Origin: Candidatus Gottesmanbacteria bacterium
Lineage (GTDB): Bacteria; Patescibacteriota; Microgenomatia; 2-02-FULL-39-11
Reading direction: 5' to 3'
Length of the DNA: 64,000 nt
Assembly: GCA_016186795.1 (NCBI GenBank)
Contig: JACPKY010000001.1
Location: 65,357-129,356, forward strand
In this document: positions 43,675-53,170 of the stretch, one piece after another
Layout: each line of letters begins with the position of its first letter
Position numbering within the stretch: position 1 is the stretch's first letter
Notes under the pieces: model-generated
Database searches by the model: none
What the model saw: the letters and a program-made list of their open reading frames with translations, nothing else
Told to the model about the DNA's origin: nothing
Program-made: the position numbers and the translations under genes

Positions 43675-44370
43675 ATGATAGAACAATTGGATCGACCCCC
43701 TATAGAATACCTACCCCTTACTCCTATTGTCATTAATAATCAACAAGGCAACCTTCATCAAGATGTATTACCGTTTGTTCAATATTTTCTAGAACTATAT
43801 AACAGAGGCCGAAGACTTCAAGGAAAGGAGCGAGCTCTATTTCCTGGTGTAATTTCTCGCGTTGAGATTCAATTAGGTCAGGCAAGCATAGCACAAACAG
43901 AACCTCCATATATATTTGCCATTGGAGCAAGTGGTACTACTGGATCTGCCGGAGGACACAAGAGAGAATTTGCCAATATTATTGGTTGGGACGGTCAACG
44001 TGCACAAGCCACATCAGCAAAAACTGTGCGAGTAAACTTTACTCACCAACAAAATATTCGTCAACAAGAAGGAGCTATTATAGAACTTGCCACATGGGAA
44101 AATATTCTTGACCGTATTATCCAAGCTACAGATGAAGAAATTTGGAGAAGGCATTTACAAGCTACCAAAGGTACACTCTTGAGCGTCCCTTATGCAGAAA
44201 TTATGGCGCAAGATAACGAATTAAAACTAACACGGGAGTGGCTGGAAAATAATTGGAATCTTCTACCAGATTTTATAGGGACTGGAAGAACTTCAGCGGG
44301 ATTTTCAGAATATTTTATATCTGCTGCTGCTTTTCGAAATGCTCCTGCAGTAGTAGTATACATACCATAA
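43675..44370 (+). CDS. Hypothetical protein (231 aa) occupying the position where rpoB normally follows rplL
   Basis: No recognised motif. Gly/Thr/Ser-rich centre (AIGASGTTGSAGGHK). Confidence 0.4.
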   Translation: MIEQLDRPPIEYLPLTPIVINNQQGNLHQDVLPFVQYFLELYNRGRRLQGKERALFPGVISRVEIQLGQASIAQTEPPYIFAIGASGTTGSAGGHKREFANIIGWDGQRAQATSAKTVRVNFTHQQNIRQQEGAIIELATWENILDRIIQATDEEIWRRHLQATKGTLLSVPYAEIMAQDNELKLTREWLENNWNLLPDFIGTGRTSAGFSEYFISAAAFRNAPAVVVYIP

Positions 44371-44558
44371 CAATCTATCTCGAAGTGATTGCGTATCTTT
44401 GATGTCTATTGACAACATTCAAATCCATATGTTACAGTAACAACCGTATTGATGCGCTCATGGTAATGGTGAGCGTCCTAGAAGCATAAACTGTCCGTTT
44501 TATTAATTTTTTAAACTAGCTGCAAACAGACAGTTTTCAAAAAGGAGTAAACCTACAT

Positions 44559-44765
44559 ATGGCATTCGGTGATGAATGGCCGGACCTTTTAACTGTCCGG
44601 GAAGTTGCAAAAATTCTCCGTGTTTCCCCCCTCACGATCAAACGGTGGGGTAAGCGTGGAAAACTTCCTGCGATTAGAATCAATTCTCGAGGTGATCGAA
44701 GATACAAGAAAGAAGCGGTCCTTTGGCTCTTGGGGCTTCAACAAAAGGGAACATCAAACAGTTAA
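44559..44765 (+). CDS. Excisionase-family HTH DNA-binding protein (HTH_17/MerR-like)
   Basis: LLTVREVAKILRVSPLTIKRWGKRGKLPAIRINSRGDRRYKKEAV matches the excisionase/XisF-type HTH (LT..E.A..L.VS..T..RW...G.LP....G...R....). Confidence 0.6.
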   Translation: MAFGDEWPDLLTVREVAKILRVSPLTIKRWGKRGKLPAIRINSRGDRRYKKEAVLWLLGLQQKGTSNS

Positions 44766-45634
44766 TTTTCTTCTTTTTCCGAAATTACCTTCTTTAATTC
44801 CTCTGCTGCTTTGGAAGGATCAATGATATTTACGGATAGTCCAGTACCTAACTCAAATCCAGCTCTGTGGATAAGACGTGGAATAATCCGGATAAACCAA
44901 TCTTTCGCATGATGAATATAAAAGTTATAGGCAAATGTTTTCTCTCCATGAATCTTTTTCACTTTTGCATCTTCATACAGTACTGCTAATCGTTTGATAC
45001 TCCGCTGTAATATCGTTGCCAAATCTTCCAACTCTTCATTTTGGATTTCAGAAAATGTGGTGCCGAGCTTTTTGGGAGAAATCCATACTTCATACGGCCA
45101 TTGGGAAAAATCAGGGCAATAGGTCACAAAGTACTGGTTATCTTCAACTACATTCATAAGAGGTTCACGAACAAGTGCATCAAGGTTAATCTGGTGAGGA
45201 ATAACTACAAGTTGAGAGTGTGGATGCGAGAGGGAAGCCCCGGAATGCTCACCATGATTATGGAAAATCATAACCTGACCATTTTGCATATTTGCCTGGA
45301 ATCGGACTCTATAGACATTGAGAAGATCAATAACGAGAGATACATCTGTGGACTCAATATCTTTTTCGTGATCCGGGCTATGGATGATGACCTCATGGAT
45401 ATCGGTGATGGGAAATAAGTTGGGAACAACTCGTATTTTCCATCCGGGTTTATCTTTTTCTCCAGATCCTACTCTCATAATTTCAGACGGCGTCATGGAT
45501 TCATTTCCGCTACAAAAAGGACACGCATGTTGTTTTGGGGGTACAACTTCTTTCTGTTCATCCGGTCGATCAACTCGAGAAGGCGCAATAACAATCCACC
45601 GTTGCGTTTTGATATCAGGTACAAATTTAGCCAT
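44762..45634 (-). CDS. galT: Galactose-1-phosphate uridylyltransferase-like (HIT superfamily, GalT family)
   Basis: HACPFCSGNESMTPSEI (Zn-binding CxxC...), GWKIRVVPNLFP, HEVIIHSPDHEKD, HGEHSGASLSHPHSQLV (HPH.Q active-site histidine motif). Confidence 0.7.
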   Translation of the reverse strand: MAKFVPDIKTQRWIVIAPSRVDRPDEQKEVVPPKQHACPFCSGNESMTPSEIMRVGSGEKDKPGWKIRVVPNLFPITDIHEVIIHSPDHEKDIESTDVSLVIDLLNVYRVRFQANMQNGQVMIFHNHGEHSGASLSHPHSQLVVIPHQINLDALVREPLMNVVEDNQYFVTYCPDFSQWPYEVWISPKKLGTTFSEIQNEELEDLATILQRSIKRLAVLYEDAKVKKIHGEKTFAYNFYIHHAKDWFIRIIPRLIHRAGFELGTGLSVNIIDPSKAAEELKKVISEKEEN

Positions 45635-45654
45635 AGCGTTGGTATGAAGATCGG

Positions 45655-46422
45655 TTAGTTTTTCTCAAAGTAGAGGGTAACGGTTGAGGTAATTGTTTGT
45701 ACACCGGGCTCAAATGATGGGCCGCCACCACCTCCTGCTTCTGCAGCATACCTGGCTGATTGATACGGGAGAACAATTCCATTTGGACTTACCTCGACAA
45801 TATTAGTAATTTTGCCCAATCGGATCCCTAAAGAACTTGCTAGCTGCTGCGCTTGCTCTCTTGCATTGGCAATTGCTTTGTCCCGAGCGAGCTTGCGATA
45901 CTTCTCAGGTTTATCAATAACAAAGCGCGTCCCCTGAATCTGATTTGCACCTGCTTTTGTTGCTTCGTCAACAACTTTTGTAGCTAAATCTGGATCCCCC
46001 ACTTTGATTGTCAACATGGCGTTCCCGTTATAACCACTTATGCGATTTTGATTATTCTCATAGACGTAATTTGGGTAAACTGAGTAGTTTGTGGTTTTAA
46101 TGTTTTGGGTATCAATCCCCAGACTTTTCATGGCGGCAATTATTTTGTTATTAACCGTTGTGAGTGTCTGCTGTGCAGCTTCTGTTGTTGCTGCATTACT
46201 AACAGCAATCCCTGCATCGATATAAACTGTATCGGGAACTGCATCCACTTTCCCCTCTCCAACGACAGCAAGCTCTGTCGATTTTGTGGTTGTTGTGATA
46301 GTTATCGGGTAACTAACATCGAATGTTTTAATGATAATAAGAATCAAAAAGATGGCAAAGAAAAAGGTGAAGTACGAGAGGAGTTTTTCTGCCAGATTTA
46401 AATCTTTTACATTCATCAACAT
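45655..46422 (-). CDS. SIMPL/DUF541-family secreted protein
   Basis: N-terminal TM/signal. Two-domain DUF541 pattern with ...GNAMLTIKVGDPDLATKVVDEATKAGANQIQGTRFVIDKPEKYRKLARDKAIANAREQAQQLASSLGIRLGKI.... Confidence 0.6.
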   Translation of the reverse strand: MLMNVKDLNLAEKLLSYFTFFFAIFLILIIIKTFDVSYPITITTTTKSTELAVVGEGKVDAVPDTVYIDAGIAVSNAATTEAAQQTLTTVNNKIIAAMKSLGIDTQNIKTTNYSVYPNYVYENNQNRISGYNGNAMLTIKVGDPDLATKVVDEATKAGANQIQGTRFVIDKPEKYRKLARDKAIANAREQAQQLASSLGIRLGKITNIVEVSPNGIVLPYQSARYAAEAGGGGGPSFEPGVQTITSTVTLYFEKN

Positions 46423-46470
46423 ACCTTTCTATTGAAATACTTTTGGGGTAGAAAATCAAGGGGATGAAAA

Positions 46471-46502
46471 GGTGGCCAAGACAGGCAGAATTCTTGGCCA
46501 CC
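46471..46502 (-). terminator. Perfect 11-bp-stem hairpin downstream of the minus-strand gene 46515-46961
   Basis: ggtggccaaga-caggcagaat-tcttggccacc. On the minus strand it is followed by TTTTCATCCCC. Confidence 0.4.
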
Positions 46503-46514
46503 TCCAGGTGGCAA

Positions 46515-46961
46515 TCATTTCATCTCCGCCTGCAGCATGCGCAGGATTTCTTCGCGAGCGTTTCTGGCCTGAATCACGACCAGGTATTTTTCCGTCTGAT
46601 ACTTTTGGGGAACTTTGTCTTCTTCTCTGTAAATCATTACCACAAAGACGCAGTTCCTCCACTTTCGCCGTGCCTCTGTCACTACCTCATCCATTCTCTG
46701 CGGTTTTCCGATAGGTGTGGCATCTATGATCACAAGATGAATGGGCGGTTTAACATCATCCACGGCATTTGTATTTTGAACCCGGCGGAAATAGAGGTTC
46801 GGAATATGGGGTTGGAGAAACTGCTCCAACAGTCTCCCGTACCCCATATTTTTTGAGATGATAACGACTCGGTTGAACATCTTCGCTCTCCTTGTAAACT
46901 CACTGTCCGGTATTGTTGTCCAACTTGAGAAGGACAATGGGAACAAAGTCGGTGACAGCAA
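46515..46961 (-). CDS. Hypothetical protein, possibly CheY-like receiver fold (GC-rich segment)
   Basis: Likely start MFNRVVIISKNMGYGRLLEQF..., then PIHLVIIDATPIG and CVFVVMIYREED, reminiscent of receiver-domain beta-strands with acidic pocket residues. Weak call. Confidence 0.3.
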   Translation of the reverse strand: MLSPTLFPLSFSSWTTIPDSEFTRRAKMFNRVVIISKNMGYGRLLEQFLQPHIPNLYFRRVQNTNAVDDVKPPIHLVIIDATPIGKPQRMDEVVTEARRKWRNCVFVVMIYREEDKVPQKYQTEKYLVVIQARNAREEILRMLQAEMK

Positions 46962-47496
46962 AGATCATATCCGTTCCCTCGGGCAGTTCTCCGCGGAAGC
47001 ACTGAATTCCTCCGACCTCATTGAGCGCCTTATTGTACCGAGCCCATTCGGGAGGACACTCTGTCAATTCGAGATTTAACGGAGTCTCCTCGACAAACTC
47101 TATCGCCCGATATCCTATCACAACAGGTACATTTTCCTGATAGTCATTCGAGGCGACCAAAAAGAATCCCCTTGAGACGAACTCGCTTGTCATTGCGATA
47201 ATCGTTTGCTGTCCAGTGTAGGAAGTGAATGTCTTCTGACCTTCTACAGCCGGACCAAAGACGACAAGGAACGTCGCTGTTGGTTCCTTCTGGAAGCGCT
47301 TGTCAATAGCGCGGACCGCGTAGCCAGTCCCAAAACTCCCCGCGACGATTCCCATCGCGATCAATGCGAACACGACCACCGCCGCAATCTTTGGTAGCGT
47401 TTTCACCTCGTAACCCTCCGTTGATCTCTCATCCGTTATTTCCATTGGAAATAAAGGCAAAAGATCGTGATTTAAGTCTTGCCACCAGTATCTCAA
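46900..47496 (-). CDS. Hypothetical membrane-anchored protein (GC-rich segment)
   Basis: TM helix IAAVVVFALIAMGIVAGSF, then a soluble domain. No motif recognised. Confidence 0.35.
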   Translation of the reverse strand: MRYWWQDLNHDLLPLFPMEITDERSTEGYEVKTLPKIAAVVVFALIAMGIVAGSFGTGYAVRAIDKRFQKEPTATFLVVFGPAVEGQKTFTSYTGQQTIIAMTSEFVSRGFFLVASNDYQENVPVVIGYRAIEFVEETPLNLELTECPPEWARYNKALNEVGGIQCFRGELPEGTDMIFAVTDFVPIVLLKLDNNTGQ

Positions 47497-47556
47497 AGAG
47501 CGAGATGGGCCGATTATACCAAATAATCTTAAATATGAAGAATTGAGGGAATACAG

Positions 47557-48405
47557 TTATTGAAGGAGACTATTCCAGTCTTCCCAAAATTTAGCAATTC
47601 CAATAGTGGTTAAATCGTGGGAAATATTGTATTCTTGCCATGGTTTTCCCAGAGTAATATCCTCTTTGTATGGAATTGGTTTAAGCTTTCCAACGGGATA
47701 AACATAGCTTGTATCTGGTATTGTAAATCCACCATCTGCCCACGTTTTGAAGACTTTAAATGGACAGGTAATAATGTCCGAACCAAGTCTGAGAGCATAG
47801 AGGATATGGTCAACTCCTCGAAGGCTTGCTGTTAATACTTCTACATGTCCGTCCCCTGAGGTATACATCTCCAGAATATTTTCCACAACCTGCATCCCAT
47901 TCTCTCCTCTATCATCAAGTCTACCTACAAAAGGAGAAATAAAAACAGGATACTTTGCTCCCTTTGTTGCTTCATAGACTGCGGCTGCTTGTGATTGAGA
48001 AAATACCAATGTTATATTAACTGGCATTTCTTTACAGGCAATTTCTGCTGCGGTAAGTCCTTCTTTCGTGCATGGAAATTTTATCGAGTGGTTGGGTATC
48101 CATGTTTTCCTTGCCCGGGCTTGTCTGAGCATTTCATCAGCCTTTGTTTCTTCCTGAGCAAAAACTTGAATGGATATTGAGCCTTCTGGAATAATTCCGC
48201 TCATCTGCCTAACCACTCGTTTGTATTCATCAAGTGCTTGAGTTTCAGTAAGCTTTGTTCCCCCGGCTTTTGCGGTATAGTTTTTTGCAATAAGAGATGG
48301 ATTGGTCGTCTGACCATCTAAGAAACCTAGAAGTACTTTGGCCTGACGAGTTTCTTGAGGAGACCCCCCATCAATAAAAATTTTCGAGCTAATATTTTTT
48401 GGCAT
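47557..48405 (-). CDS. tal: Transaldolase
   Basis: IFIDGGSPQETRQAKVLLGFLDGQTTNPSLIAKN is the transaldolase N-terminal signature (D...TTNPSL). Confidence 0.75.
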   Translation of the reverse strand: MPKNISSKIFIDGGSPQETRQAKVLLGFLDGQTTNPSLIAKNYTAKAGGTKLTETQALDEYKRVVRQMSGIIPEGSISIQVFAQEETKADEMLRQARARKTWIPNHSIKFPCTKEGLTAAEIACKEMPVNITLVFSQSQAAAVYEATKGAKYPVFISPFVGRLDDRGENGMQVVENILEMYTSGDGHVEVLTASLRGVDHILYALRLGSDIITCPFKVFKTWADGGFTIPDTSYVYPVGKLKPIPYKEDITLGKPWQEYNISHDLTTIGIAKFWEDWNSLLQ

Positions 48406-48409
48406 AGAT

Positions 48410-50299
48410 TTATTTTACTAACTGTACAGCTTCTCTCACAATCGATTTGGCAGATATTCCCTCAAAATCCATAAGTTCATCGGGCTTTCCGCTTCTGGGA
48501 AGCTTGGAAACTGCTAGCTTTTTCACCTGAATATTTTCTAAATTAATAAGCTCATTTAATACCGCATCCCCCAGTCCTCCCTCGTACCAATGATCCTCGA
48601 CAACGATAACATTTCTTGCTTCTTTTGCAAGTTTCCGAAGGGTTACTCCATCAATCGGTTTGACAGAATAACAGTCAACAACAATCGCTTCAATATTTTT
48701 CTTGATTAACTCTTCCTGTGCTTTTAACGCTTCAAAAAACGTCACACCAGCTCCGATAATAAGTACTTTTTTCTGTTCTTTGTTTTTTGTCTGCCCTGAG
48801 CGGAGCCGAAGGGTTTTCTGTTTACTGATTCTATGAATCTTACATCCACCTATAGGAAATTTCTCAGATGGAGCATAGATTACCGGCGTTGCCGGCCGTG
48901 TTGTTCTCATATATCCCATGTGCGGTGCACGGATCATTTCTCCGACAAGCTGAAACGTTGATGTTGCATCCGATGGGTAGACAACAAAACATCCTTGAAT
49001 GGTTCGAAACATAGAAAGGTCCTCAAGTCCCATCTGCGATGGACCATCTTCACCGATAGATACTCCTGCATGAGAACCGCAGATTTTGATATTTGCCCCG
49101 GACAAAACTCCCATCCGGATTTGGTCGTACGCTCGTGTTAAAAATGCGGCAAAAGTCGATGCGAAGGGAATCTTCCCCATTTTGGATAGCCCTATTGCCG
49201 CTCCCATCATGTTCTGTTCGGCTATGTACATTTCAAAGAACCGTGTTGGAAATTCTGCTTTGAATATTTCTGCAAAGGTTGAATTTTTCACTTCGCCATC
49301 CAGTACGACGAGATTTGGTACAATTCTCCCGTAGAACGCCAAAGCCTCTCCGTAGGCTTTGCGTGTTGCGACTTTATCACCGAGTTTGTAGGGAGCTTTG
49401 ATATTTGATCCGCCAACTAGCGGATGATATTTGATATTTGCTGCAGGCGGTTTCTTAACACTAATTTTCAAATCTGTATCAATGTCTCCTAATTCTTTAA
49501 TAGCCTGTTCATATTGATCTTGCGGCAACGGCTTTCCATGCCAACCAAGTTTATCTTCAAGAAACGAAACTCCCTTCCCCTTAATCGTTTTTGCGATAAT
49601 CATGTATGGACCGGTTGTTCTCCCAATCTGCTCATATGCTTTCTCAATCTGCCGAAAGTCATGGCCATCAATGATTTTCGTTGCCCACCCAAAACTTTCG
49701 ACTCGTTTCTGGTAAGTCGATAGATCATATTCAAGCATTGTTGCCTCACTTTGACCCAGGCGGTTCACATCCAAAATTGCTGTAAGATTATTCAGTTTGT
49801 ATTTTCCAGAAAGTGCAAGAGCTTCCCAGACAGATCCTTCGGCCATTTCCCCATCGCCTAAAAGGACGACTGTCATATAGTCGGATTTATCCAAATACTT
49901 TCCATTGAGCGCACACCCAACGCCAATCGATAACCCTTGGCCTAAAGAGCCCGTTGCAGCCTCTGCATAGGGAAAACGAAACGTCGGATGCCCTTCAAGA
50001 TTACTTGTAAAAGTCCGGTAGGAATGCACATCTTCCTCTTTTAGAACATCTGCAAGCATAAAAAGGGCATAATACAGGGGCGATGCATGGCCTTTACTAA
50101 ATATTAATCTGTCATTGGTGGGATTTTTCGGATTTTTAAAATCATAGCGGAAGTATTTTGAAAAAAAAACACTCATAAGATCTGTTGCAGAAAGTGATGA
50201 AGTGGGATGGCCAGATGCTGCCAAAGTTGACATCTGAAGAATCAAATATCGAATCTTTTTGGAAATTTTTTCAAAATCAGGGTTTGGTGAGATCTGCAT
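48410..50299 (-). CDS. tkt: Transketolase
   Basis: ThDP-binding signature ASGHPTSSLSATDLMSVFF, GDGEMAEGSVWEA, and the pyrimidine/C-terminal domains across 629 aa. Confidence 0.9.
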   Translation of the reverse strand: MQISPNPDFEKISKKIRYLILQMSTLAASGHPTSSLSATDLMSVFFSKYFRYDFKNPKNPTNDRLIFSKGHASPLYYALFMLADVLKEEDVHSYRTFTSNLEGHPTFRFPYAEAATGSLGQGLSIGVGCALNGKYLDKSDYMTVVLLGDGEMAEGSVWEALALSGKYKLNNLTAILDVNRLGQSEATMLEYDLSTYQKRVESFGWATKIIDGHDFRQIEKAYEQIGRTTGPYMIIAKTIKGKGVSFLEDKLGWHGKPLPQDQYEQAIKELGDIDTDLKISVKKPPAANIKYHPLVGGSNIKAPYKLGDKVATRKAYGEALAFYGRIVPNLVVLDGEVKNSTFAEIFKAEFPTRFFEMYIAEQNMMGAAIGLSKMGKIPFASTFAAFLTRAYDQIRMGVLSGANIKICGSHAGVSIGEDGPSQMGLEDLSMFRTIQGCFVVYPSDATSTFQLVGEMIRAPHMGYMRTTRPATPVIYAPSEKFPIGGCKIHRISKQKTLRLRSGQTKNKEQKKVLIIGAGVTFFEALKAQEELIKKNIEAIVVDCYSVKPIDGVTLRKLAKEARNVIVVEDHWYEGGLGDAVLNELINLENIQVKKLAVSKLPRSGKPDELMDFEGISAKSIVREAVQLVK

Positions 50300-50341
50300 G
50301 GATGTTAATGGTTGTTATTGTAACGCAGACGATGCCTTTTC

Positions 50342-51010
50342 TCAAGACTGAGGAGGGGGTTTGTCGGGATTTCGAAGTGAAGAATCTGCTTGCCCAAGTA
50401 TCTGAATAGCCTTGGAAACATCTGGGGAAGAAAAAATATATGAATTGGCATTGATTCGTGTTGCACCAGAAGATAGTACTTTTTTTGCATTCTCCGGATT
50501 CATCGCCCCATCAACAGTAATTGGTATATCCATATCAATTTCCCGAATTTTTTTTATTTTTTCAACCGTATCCTCTCTATAAGGCCGTCCAGAGAATCCG
50601 GCATCAATTGCCATAACTAAAACACCATCTAAATGGATAATAAACTTATGAATTTTCTCAAAATCAGTCGGGCCATCAATTGCCAGACCTACCTCAACGC
50701 CAAGTTTATATGCTTGTTCAATGTACTCATCGACATAGTCACCTTCAACATGGGCATAAAAGCGCTTAAACCCAACTTTTGCAAAATTCTCCAAGTACCT
50801 GAGTGGATCTTTCACCATCATGTGTAGTTCAAGCTTTGCAGGAGTTTTGAGTGCAGCAAATGCTTGAGAATCAGTAAACGTTTCGTTGGGAACAAGGGTT
50901 CCATCTGCTATATCAATCTGAATCCACGAAACAAATTTTTCAACTAGATGGATCTTTTTTTCTATTTCTCCAAAATCTTTCTCGAGGATGGCAGGAATGA
51001 CTTCAACCAT
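50342..51010 (-). CDS. rpe: Ribulose-phosphate 3-epimerase
   Basis: MVEVIPAILEKDFGEIEKKI, LELHMMVKDP, HLDGVLVMAIDAGFSGRPY (RPE TIM-barrel motifs). Confidence 0.8.
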   Translation of the reverse strand: MVEVIPAILEKDFGEIEKKIHLVEKFVSWIQIDIADGTLVPNETFTDSQAFAALKTPAKLELHMMVKDPLRYLENFAKVGFKRFYAHVEGDYVDEYIEQAYKLGVEVGLAIDGPTDFEKIHKFIIHLDGVLVMAIDAGFSGRPYREDTVEKIKKIREIDMDIPITVDGAMNPENAKKVLSSGATRINANSYIFSSPDVSKAIQILGQADSSLRNPDKPPPQS

Positions 51011-51476
51011 ATTCTTCTATCTGCTTCAGCCTTCTCACATGCCGTTCTTCTCCGGAAAATTCCGTATCAAGCCATGTTTTAAGAATCTTTTTTGCTTCAT
51101 GCTCTTCCAGCCAATCGCCTGATAACGCAAGAATATTCACGTCATTATGTTCTCGACAGTGCCTTGCGGAGCGAACATCAAATGCAAGCGCAGCTCGTGC
51201 GCCGGAAACTTTGTTTGCCGCAACCACCATTCCTGCAGCAGATCTACAGCACAAAATCCCTTTTGATCTGTCTTTCCAGTGGTAGGGGAAACGAATTCCT
51301 TTCTTTTCGTCAAGACTCACTTTCTGCCCAACAAGAAAGGCAAATTGGGGATAATCATCTTCTTTGTCATACATGGCATTTCCCACATCCTCAACACTAT
51401 ACCCCCAGGTTTTTAACCATCCCTTTATTTTTTCTTTAAGATCAAAACCTCCGTGATCACTCCCTATGTAAATCAT
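51003..51476 (-). CDS. rpiB: Ribose-5-phosphate isomerase B
   Basis: MIYIGSDHGGFDLKEKIKGWL...ILCCRSAAGMVVAANK (RpiB/LacAB family). Confidence 0.8.
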   Translation of the reverse strand: MIYIGSDHGGFDLKEKIKGWLKTWGYSVEDVGNAMYDKEDDYPQFAFLVGQKVSLDEKKGIRFPYHWKDRSKGILCCRSAAGMVVAANKVSGARAALAFDVRSARHCREHNDVNILALSGDWLEEHEAKKILKTWLDTEFSGEERHVRRLKQIEEYG

Positions 51477-52408
51477 TTATGTCCTCCGAATTCAAATCTT
51501 AACGCCTGTACGATTTTACCAGAAAATGTCGGCTTCTCAACTGATTTTTTCCTAGCCGCAAGTGATGTTTTTATCACAGGAACCTCAACCTTCAACCTAC
51601 GGGCAGTCCGTACAGCCCACTCTCCAGTTGTTCCACCTCCTACCATCCCTGAAACATTTGCAAGTCCTGGATCATTGGCCAAGGCGCGATTCAAAAGTTC
51701 CATGAGGAATCCACGGACAATACTTCCATGACTCCAATTGTGTGCCACCCGCTTTAGATCGATTGGAAAAGGAGATTTCGCCAAAAGTTCAAATCCCTCG
51801 CCAATTGCTTCAAGCATGCCATATTCAACCCCGTTATGGACCATTTTCACAAAGTGGCCTGACCCAGATGGACCAAAATACTCAAATCCGCTGGGTGTAG
51901 CAATTGTTGAGAAAAAATCTTTGAGCTGAATAAAAATTTCCTCATCTCCCCCAATCATCAGACAGGCGCCATCTCTTGCTCCTTCAAGACCGCCGCTTGT
52001 ACCAATATCGAGAAAGTGGATTCCCTTTTTCTTCAACTGATCGTGCCGCTTCATTGAATCTTTATAGAAAGAATTACCTCCATCAATAAGAATATCTCCA
52101 ACTTTCAGCTTTGCTTTCAGAAGTCCGCGAATGAGGCTCTCGACAGGATTACCATGTTCAACCATTATCCAGATGATACGAGGTGGAGAAACGTTCTTTA
52201 TAAGCTGTTCTAAATTGTAGGAGGGAGTAAGATTTCCGTACGGAGAGGGTGGAAACGGATTTTTCTGCAAAGTCTTCTCAAAGTCTTGTAAAAGCTCTTG
52301 GGTCTTTTCTGGGCTTCGATTGAAAACAACAACGTCAACACCTTTTTCCAGAAGATGCAATACCATGGCCCTCCCCATTCTTCCCAAACCAATAAACCCA
52401 AGTTTCAT
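51473..52408 (-). CDS. gnd: 6-phosphogluconate dehydrogenase, decarboxylating (short-chain form)
   Basis: NAD(P)-binding MKLGFIGLGRMGRAMVLHL. 6PGDH catalytic block DGGNSFYKDSMKRHDQLKKKGIHFLDIGTSGGLEGARDGACLMIGGDEE. Confidence 0.75.
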   Translation of the reverse strand: MKLGFIGLGRMGRAMVLHLLEKGVDVVVFNRSPEKTQELLQDFEKTLQKNPFPPSPYGNLTPSYNLEQLIKNVSPPRIIWIMVEHGNPVESLIRGLLKAKLKVGDILIDGGNSFYKDSMKRHDQLKKKGIHFLDIGTSGGLEGARDGACLMIGGDEEIFIQLKDFFSTIATPSGFEYFGPSGSGHFVKMVHNGVEYGMLEAIGEGFELLAKSPFPIDLKRVAHNWSHGSIVRGFLMELLNRALANDPGLANVSGMVGGGTTGEWAVRTARRLKVEVPVIKTSLAARKKSVEKPTFSGKIVQALRFEFGGHK

Positions 52409-52465
52409 GTTTTCATTATATTCTACTTTCTTTGCGTACTCAAAGAAATAGATAATAATGTATAT

Positions 52466-53170
52466 ATGGATAATATTTGGCTAAGCCAAATTATAAGAAA
52501 TCTAGAACTATTTGAACGTGATTTTGTAATCGCTTGCCAAAAGGCTGGGAGGAAAAAAGAAGATGTACAGATTCTCTACGCCACAAAATATCTTCAACCC
52601 CACGAATTTTTGGAATTTGTAAACTTTCTTCACGATACAAAGCGCCCGATCATCATCGGAGAAAATCGCATACAGGATGGAAAGAAGAAGTTAGACTTTG
52701 TTAAAAATCAAAAGCCAATACTTTTCAAGTACATTACTCCAATATCTATTGGGACTCTTCAAACGAACAAAATAAATACCGCACTGACCTACTTTTCAGA
52801 AATTCACTCGGTCGATTCTCTTGACCTCGCTGTGGACTTGAACAATCGTCTCGCAAGATCGGGAAAAACCCTTGCTGTGTATATAGAAGTCAATGCGTCA
52901 GGAGAACAAGCAAAGCATGGATTGACTCCTTCTGAATTTCCACGCGTGTATACTACAATTCAACAATTGAAATATATTCATGTAAAAGGACTTATGACAA
53001 TGGCACCATTAACAGAGAATGTAAAAACTATTCATAATGTCTTCAGGAAAGCAAGAACCTTGGCCAACACATATGGTCTTCTCACGTCTATGGGCATGAG
53101 TCATGATTGGAAAATAGCGCTCGAAGAAGGAAGCGTTATGATAAGAATTGGTTCAGCAATTTTTTCATAA
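52466..53170 (+). CDS. yggS: YggS-family pyridoxal-phosphate homeostasis protein (PLPBP)
   Basis: [11 protein letters not shown] (PLP Lys), [55 protein letters not shown]. The track ORF starts at 52298, but that overlaps gnd; the internal MDNIW start is used instead. Confidence 0.7.
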   Translation: MDNIWLSQIIRNLELFERDFVIACQKAGRKKEDVQILYATKYLQPHEFLEFVNFLHDTKRPIIIGENRIQDGKKKLDFVKNQKPILFKYITPISIGTLQTNKINTALTYFSEIHSVDSLDLAVDLNNRLARSGKTLAVYIEVNASGEQAKHGLTPSEFPRVYTTIQQLKYIHVKGLMTMAPLTENVKTIHNVFRKARTLANTYGLLTSMGMSHDWKIALEEGSVMIRIGSAIFS

